The notes under the pieces are model-generated. The model did no database searches, was not told where the DNA came from, and saw nothing but the letters and a program-made list of their open reading frames with translations. This document shows positions 58,560-64,000 of a stretch of DNA of 64,000 bases, in pieces. Source of the DNA: Polyangiaceae bacterium (lineage in GTDB: Bacteria; Myxococcota_A; Polyangia; Polyangiales; Polyangiaceae); assembly GCA_965222375.1 (NCBI GenBank), contig CBDCTZ010000014.1:928001-992000 (forward strand), in the 5' to 3' direction. Both the position numbers and the translations under genes were made by a program. Numbering within the stretch: position 1 is the stretch's first letter; each line of letters begins with the position of its first letter.

Positions 58560-59577
58560 TGTCGCGCTTGGACGTGTCGATGCGACCCGTTCGGTCGAGA
58601 ACGGCCTGCGCCTCATACAGAAGTTTCATCCACGTAATGTTCAGCATGCGCGGATCGCGCGGATCAAAGTCCGGCTCGGAGAGCTTAACGCATATCTCAT
58701 CCACCGTGGCTTTGACGTCCTTTGCAGCGTGCCAACCGGTTGCGGCCTCTAGTTTCGCACTCGAGATGTTGTAACTACGATGCTTGCGTTCCTCGTCAGT
58801 GACCTCCAACGCGATCTTGCGCTCGTGCCGCTCATCCAGGAGAGACTGAATGACTTTGGCCAGGGTCATGACGTTGTCATTGGAACTACTCACGTTGTAG
58901 ACGCCGCGTTCCAACTGGGGCGCGGTGATGATCCGGACGTAGGCCTCGACCAAGTCCAGTACGTGCACCTGGGGCCGAGCTTCCCGCCCGCCGTAGAGGA
59001 CGCGGATCTTGCCCTCGGACCAGGCGGTCAAGGTCATTCCGTTGGTCAGCAGGTCGAAGCGCATGCGCGGAGACCAGCCCATGACGGTCGCCTGCCTCAG
59101 GCAGTAGACGCGCTCCAAGTTGTCGAGCAACCAGCGCTCTGCCGCTGCCTTGGACTGCGAGTAGTAGCCGATCGGTTGGACCGCGCTTTCCTCGGTCAAC
59201 AGCGTGTCCGGCTGAAAGCCATACACGCTCGCACTGCTGGCAAAAACAAGCGGCACGTCGAATCGCTTGGCGAGCGCACCAACGTGCTCGCTGGCACGGG
59301 TGTTCTCTTCCCAGTTCATGTCCGGTGCAAAATTGGCCATGGGGTCGTTGCTCAGCCCGGACAGATGCAGGACCCAATCTGGTTCCAGCCGCTCGAAATC
59401 GTCCGAGCCAAGAGCCTGAACTCGGCGCGGATGCAACTCCAATCCGGCCGTTTGCGGCGGGTGGTAGAAGCCGAAGAATCCTGGATCCCAACTATGTACC
59501 GTGTGCCCCAGCGCCGCCAGCCGTGCACAAAGGGGCGTCCCGATGTAGCCCGCACCACCTGTGACCAGAATTCGCAT
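58549..59577 (-). CDS. NAD-dependent epimerase/dehydratase
   Basis: TGGAGYIG, SSASVYG, YSQSK. Confidence 0.93.
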   Translation of the reverse strand: MRILVTGGAGYIGTPLCARLAALGHTVHSWDPGFFGFYHPPQTAGLELHPRRVQALGSDDFERLEPDWVLHLSGLSNDPMANFAPDMNWEENTRASEHVGALAKRFDVPLVFASSASVYGFQPDTLLTEESAVQPIGYYSQSKAAAERWLLDNLERVYCLRQATVMGWSPRMRFDLLTNGMTLTAWSEGKIRVLYGGREARPQVHVLDLVEAYVRIITAPQLERGVYNVSSSNDNVMTLAKVIQSLLDERHERKIALEVTDEERKHRSYNISSAKLEAATGWHAAKDVKATVDEICVKLSEPDFDPRDPRMLNITWMKLLYEAQAVLDRTGRIDTSKRDNER

Positions 59578-59642
59578 CCAGTGTCACCGGGCGGGGATAC
59601 GGCGTCTTGCGCCCCACGGCGTATTCATGCGTGAAAAATCGG

Positions 59643-60245
59643 TCAGTCGCAGATGCCGTTGGAACTGCAGACGGCAGTGCCGGGGCAAACCTGTTCCGTG
59701 CCAGAGCAACATCCTTCGTTCTGCTCGCCGTCGCAGTTTTCGTCCTTGCCGCTGCCGCAGATCTCTTGAGCGGGTGCGCGGCCGCCTACGCAGCTGGCGC
59801 CCCACTTGCTGTTTTCGCAGGTCTGCAAACCGGCGCAGTCGCCGTCGCCACCGCAGGCTCGCGAAGTCCCGTCCGGAACTGGAACCCCGTTGTCAAGGCA
59901 CGGGCAATCCTCGTCCGATAGGCCGTCACAGTCGTCGTCTTTTCCGTTGTCGCAGACTTCGCCGCTTGCCGGAACGGTGGGATCGTTGTCGTCACAATCG
60001 AAGGTCGCGCAACCTGGGCCAACGCCAGCACCGTCTCCGTCGGCATCCGGGCACTCCTGGGAAACGCAGAAGTTGTTTACACAAGCCTTGGTCCCCGCGG
60101 GGCAATCCGAGACAGTTTTGCAGTCCGTGGGCGCGGGTTGCTTCTTGGGCGGTCCGCCACCGCTGTCGTCGCTCGCGGAGCACGCGGCGATGACTAGCGC
60201 GGCCACGGTGATCCATAGGGTACGATGGCGCTGAGCGGTATTCAT
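59643..60245 (-). CDS. Lipoprotein with putative metal-binding (DCDD/EVCDNGKDDDCDG) repeats
   Basis: IAAC lipobox; DADGDG, DCDD, E.C..GKD..CDG twice. Confidence 0.8.
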   Translation of the reverse strand: MNTAQRHRTLWITVAALVIAACSASDDSGGGPPKKQPAPTDCKTVSDCPAGTKACVNNFCVSQECPDADGDGAGVGPGCATFDCDDNDPTVPASGEVCDNGKDDDCDGLSDEDCPCLDNGVPVPDGTSRACGGDGDCAGLQTCENSKWGASCVGGRAPAQEICGSGKDENCDGEQNEGCCSGTEQVCPGTAVCSSNGICD

Positions 60246-61140
60246 GACAAGCCAGCCAATAGAATCGCATGAGGCTCGACATCCGTCCAGCTTTGGAGGA
60301 AAACCAGCTGGTTCTCAGCATTTGGACGTGCGGGTGGAAGACTACGGTCTCGGCACAGCCTACGAGCGCGCGGCAGTTTACGATCGAATTTCGTCGTGGC
60401 TCGCCGCGCCCGGTCCAACCCAGAGCGTCATCGAGGGACCCGAGGATGGCTTCGCCGGCATGCCGGGGCTTCATGCACTGGGACTGGCACGCCTGGGTTG
60501 GGAAGTAACGGTCGTTCACCCGTCACACGACCGGCTGTCGGATGTACAGCAAGTCTACGAAAAGGCCGGCCTCCAATCTCGGTTGACCGCGGTCAATGCC
60601 GCGTCAGTCCCGAGGGGACGTTGGGACGCGGCGATTTGCTTCAACGCGCTGCCGTTGCGGGACGATTGGGAACTCTACCTGCGCAGCCTTGCCGAGCGAA
60701 CTCGAAAGCTCGCCGTTTTCATCACCCACGCGCATAGCTACGGCGCCCTGCTGCGACGGGTTGTCCGTCGGTTTGAAAAGCACCGACAGCCCGAGCTGTT
60801 CGACCACAGGTCGACTCGACCCGCGGCGCTGCTGCCCGTGCTTCGGCGCCTCGGCAAGATCGACGCCCGAGCTTGGGTGGACTGCCCTTGGTGGCCCGAC
60901 TTGTTCGTTCCGCCGGGAACCGGCCTCCTCGATGGATCCCTGAGTCGGCTTGCTCCTGGGCTGCGCCACCGCCAAAGCTCCCCGTTTCGCTACGGCCCCG
61001 AGGCGTTTCCGTGGGCAAAAGAGGACCGCCCGGCCGAGCTGCTGCGTTCGATGCGGCGGCACCCCACCTTCGAAAGCCAAAGCTGGCTGTCCCCGCTGTT
61101 TGCCCACCATCGCGCTTACCTCGTCAGCACACTGCCCTAG
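60244..61140 (+). CDS. Hypothetical protein with a degenerate methyltransferase-like fold
   Basis: Long ORF; VIEGPEDG, WVDCPWWPD. Start uncertain. Confidence 0.6.
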   Translation: MTSQPIESHEARHPSSFGGKPAGSQHLDVRVEDYGLGTAYERAAVYDRISSWLAAPGPTQSVIEGPEDGFAGMPGLHALGLARLGWEVTVVHPSHDRLSDVQQVYEKAGLQSRLTAVNAASVPRGRWDAAICFNALPLRDDWELYLRSLAERTRKLAVFITHAHSYGALLRRVVRRFEKHRQPELFDHRSTRPAALLPVLRRLGKIDARAWVDCPWWPDLFVPPGTGLLDGSLSRLAPGLRHRQSSPFRYGPEAFPWAKEDRPAELLRSMRRHPTFESQSWLSPLFAHHRAYLVSTLP

Positions 61141-61157
61141 GCCCTGGAATCAGCCGC

Positions 61158-62063
61158 GTGCAAGCAACAGTCATCATCGTTGAATACTCCACCCGCCCGT
61201 ATTTGCTGGAGTGCCTGGATTCTCTGGAGCGTTCCGATTTTCCTCGGGATGACTTCGAAATCATCGTCGTCGACAATGCTTCGTCCACCCCTGTGGATGG
61301 GATCATCGACACCTACCCAAGAGTGCGCTTCATCAAGTCTCGGCGCAATCTTGGTTTTGCTGGTGGCAACACCCTTGCATTGGAGCGTGCTCGTTCCGAC
61401 AACATCCTGCTCCTGAACCCGGATGCGCGGGCGACGCCGGATTGGTTGGGTGAAATGCTCAAGAGCCTTGCTACACCGAGTGTTGGCGTTGTGGGATGCA
61501 AGATCCTACACCCCGGCACTCAAGTGCTGCAGCACGCCGGTGGTGTGCTGTTCCCTAACGCCCGCAGCGAACACCGCGGTCGGGGCCAGGATGACGTGGG
61601 GCAATACGACCGGGAAGCGGACGTGGAATACGTTTGTGGTGCTGCCATCGGCACCCGGCGCGACGTGATCGACAAGGTCGGTTTCCTTTCGTCCGCGTAC
61701 TTCCCGGCCTACTACGAAGAAACGGAACTGTGCGTCCGAGCTCGGCGAGCAGGCTATCGCGTGCTTTACAACCCCCGGGCGGTCGTGGAGCATCACGAGT
61801 CCGCCGCCAGTGGCGGTGCTAGTACCAGAAAGTACCTCCGGCGCTATCACGAAAGCCGCATGCGTTTCGTTTATCGCAACTATTCACTTCGCGAGCTGGC
61901 GTTCCAGTTCTTGCCGTCTGAGGCAGCCTTCCTGTCGTCCCGAGACATGGGTGAACGGCGCGTCTGCACTCGCGCCTATCTTTTGGCGCTGCTGAGTTTT
62001 CGGGACTCGGGCCCAGGCGTGCCCCGGGACGATGACGTCGTCTATGACACGGGGGCCCGGTAG
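61158..62063 (+). CDS. GT2 glycosyltransferase
   Basis: VVDNAS, NLGFAGG, LLNPD, YYEETE. Confidence 0.9.
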   Translation: MQATVIIVEYSTRPYLLECLDSLERSDFPRDDFEIIVVDNASSTPVDGIIDTYPRVRFIKSRRNLGFAGGNTLALERARSDNILLLNPDARATPDWLGEMLKSLATPSVGVVGCKILHPGTQVLQHAGGVLFPNARSEHRGRGQDDVGQYDREADVEYVCGAAIGTRRDVIDKVGFLSSAYFPAYYEETELCVRARRAGYRVLYNPRAVVEHHESAASGGASTRKYLRRYHESRMRFVYRNYSLRELAFQFLPSEAAFLSSRDMGERRVCTRAYLLALLSFRDSGPGVPRDDDVVYDTGAR

Positions 62064-62065
62064 AC

Positions 62066-64000
62066 ATGTCGCGCATCGCTATGTTTGGGCTCGGGCCCAT
62101 GCGCTGGGAGCAGAGCACGCGGCTATTCGCTCTCGCGCTCCGAACCTGGCATTTCGCGCGGACCCTTGCCCGGGGTGGACACGAGGTCTTGCTGTTCTCG
62201 ATCCGTGGTCACGCCTACGAGGGTTGGCCATCGGACAAGAAGACGTTGGTCGAGCGGGATGGAGTTGGCATTTGGAGTATCTCCGAGCACCTCTGCCACG
62301 AGCGTCCGGATTGGATTCGCCGCCGAATCGCGAACTTTCAACCTGACTGTGTGGTTGGAGTGAATCGCGACCCAGCGGCGGTGGCCGTGAACTTTGCCGG
62401 TGACCTGCCGCTTTGGGCGGACGTCAATGGCGATCCCATGGCAGAGGCTCAGGCCAAGGCTCGCAGCCTCGGGCATGACGACAACATTGCCGAGTGGCAC
62501 CGCAAGTTTCTGCCGGTGCTGTTGCGCGCTGACCATTTCTCGACGTGTTCGCGAGCGCAACGGCTCGCTCTGATAGGCCAACTGGGACTGGCGGGGAGGT
62601 TGACCGCGGCGAACGACGGCACCGAGTTGATCACCGCGGCCCCCAACAGCATCGATGACGAAGAGCTCGAACTCTACGGCCGTATTCGACGCGACCCCCG
62701 CGACGCCAAGGCTCCGTTTGTGCTGCTTTCGAGCGGGGGGTTCAACACTTGGATCGATCCCGTCACCATGTTCGAAGCCGTGGAGCGCAGCATGAAGCGC
62801 TTTCCGAAGCTGTCGTTCATCTCCACGGGAGGTGGCATCCCGGGTCATCATGTGGATGCCTACGCGCAGTTCCAGGAACTGGTTCACCGCTCACCGAATC
62901 GTAGCCGGTACGAACTGGCGGGATGGGTACAGACCAGTGAACTCTTCGGATACTACGAAGTCGCCAACGCGTCGCTCCTGGTCGATCGCTTCACCTACGA
63001 GGGTGTTCTTGGCGCCCGCACGCGTATGTTGGATTGGCTCGCTGCTGGTTTGCCCATCGTATGCACTCGACTGAGTGAGATAAGCCAAGACCTGGACAAG
63101 CGGGGCATTGCCCTGACCGCGCCTCCGGGGGATCCTAGGCCACTCGCCGACGCGATCGCCCACCTCGTCGAACACCCAAGCGACGCCGCAAAGCGTGGTC
63201 AGCGTGGGCGCCAGTATGCGGAGCGCGAACTGCGCGCAGCGGTACAGCTGGAGCCGCTGCTGACGTGGGCCAAAGCTCCCCGCAGCGCACCTGGAGGTGA
63301 GCGTCGAGCGAGTTTGGACAACTTGCCCGCTCCTGCCTACGAACTCAAGAAGCACGTCGTTCTGTTCAGAGACGAAGCAAAGACCCACGGCCTGCCTGAC
63401 GCTCTGCGGAAGACGGGAAAGTTCGCTAGTCGTCGGGTCAAACATCGGTTGCAGCGCGCCCTCGACGGCTTTGGTTTGGTGGAAGAGTCCATCGGTTTGG
63501 ATGAAGCTCGAGCGACCATGGGGCGGCCCTTGGAGCCGCCTGCGCGCTCACTATTCGAGTGGCGCAAGCTCGTATCCAACATGAAGCATCCGCTAGTCGT
63601 TGCAGCAGTCGTTTGCATCCGGGGGGATGAGGAACCCGACTACGTCGATTGGACCTTGGAGCAGATCCGCCGACAGTACTATCCCTACTGGCGGGCAGTC
63701 TTGGTGACCCCAGCCCCCCTGGATACCAGCCTGCGCGAGCGCCTCGCGCTTCTGGAGGACCGCTTTCGGGCCGACGGGCGCGAACTCATCCGCATCGAAG
63801 ACGCCGCGGAGCCCTTTGCCCATCACGCGGTCCAGGACTCCGAGTTCTTGCTCATGCTTGCACCCGGAGACCTATTGCGCCTGGACGCTCTCGGTGAGCT
63901 GGTGCTCGCCGCCCGGGATGCCGATGCGGATCTGGCGTTTTCCTATGAACAAGAAGTCGACGAGAGCAACGTTCCCCGACCGCCCAAGCGCAAAGCGCCC
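62066..64000 (+). CDS. GT4-like glycosyltransferase with a probable C-terminal GT2 domain (runs off the window)
   Basis: ATG at 62066; GGFNTWID, RTRMLDWLAAGLPIV, later QIRRQYYPYW and PGDLLRLDAL. Absent from the ORF track, consistent with no stop before the window end. Confidence 0.8.
   Translation, partial: MSRIAMFGLGPMRWEQSTRLFALALRTWHFARTLARGGHEVLLFSIRGHAYEGWPSDKKTLVERDGVGIWSISEHLCHERPDWIRRRIANFQPDCVVGVNRDPAAVAVNFAGDLPLWADVNGDPMAEAQAKARSLGHDDNIAEWHRKFLPVLLRADHFSTCSRAQRLALIGQLGLAGRLTAANDGTELITAAPNSIDDEELELYGRIRRDPRDAKAPFVLLSSGGFNTWIDPVTMFEAVERSMKRFPKLSFISTGGGIPGHHVDAYAQFQELVHRSPNRSRYELAGWVQTSELFGYYEVANASLLVDRFTYEGVLGARTRMLDWLAAGLPIVCTRLSEISQDLDKRGIALTAPPGDPRPLADAIAHLVEHPSDAAKRGQRGRQYAERELRAAVQLEPLLTWAKAPRSAPGGERRASLDNLPAPAYELKKHVVLFRDEAKTHGLPDALRKTGKFASRRVKHRLQRALDGFGLVEESIGLDEARATMGRPLEPPARSLFEWRKLVSNMKHPLVVAAVVCIRGDEEPDYVDWTLEQIRRQYYPYWRAVLVTPAPLDTSLRERLALLEDRFRADGRELIRIEDAAEPFAHHAVQDSEFLLMLAPGDLLRLDALGELVLAARDADADLAFSYEQEVDESNVPRPPKRKAP

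Noticed and set aside
60243..60246. Divergent genes sharing one CATG start
   Set aside because: It leaves no promoter space; the plus-strand gene more likely starts at a downstream GTG or TTG.

Overview
GC-rich bacterial DNA. The many Gly/Ser-linker, Cys-rich lipoproteins, a Hanks-type kinase-TPR module and a vWA lipoprotein suggest a Polyangiaceae-like myxobacterium (inference). Positions 1-4600 are a mosaic: an intact VapBC pair and an LRR gene sit among fragments of a Y1 transposase, IS66, Pnkp, an AAA/DUF4143-type ATPase and an IS1111 right end. The most informative element is an apparently intact IS110-family, IS1111-type insertion sequence at about 15934-17553. Its downstream non-coding region holds short segments matching both strands of its own reconstructed target and its own right end, which reads as a bridge/seekRNA. 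Part of that region is duplicated at a 60-nt period, and a second, orphan right end at about 4101-4167 has the same target half-site. The middle holds housekeeping and accessory genes (ABC-F, truD, POT and AtoE-type transporters, hybrid kinase, patatin, crotonases). It also holds several secreted enzymes from families best known in eukaryotes: a PAD, a Cu-monooxygenase, and a frameshifted transglutaminase with somatomedin-B domains. From 52343 to the end is a surface-glycan cluster that includes a radical SAM protein with an N-terminal twitch/SPASM-like module. No rRNA, intact tRNA or CRISPR array was seen. All product calls come from motif recognition by eye; no database searches were run.
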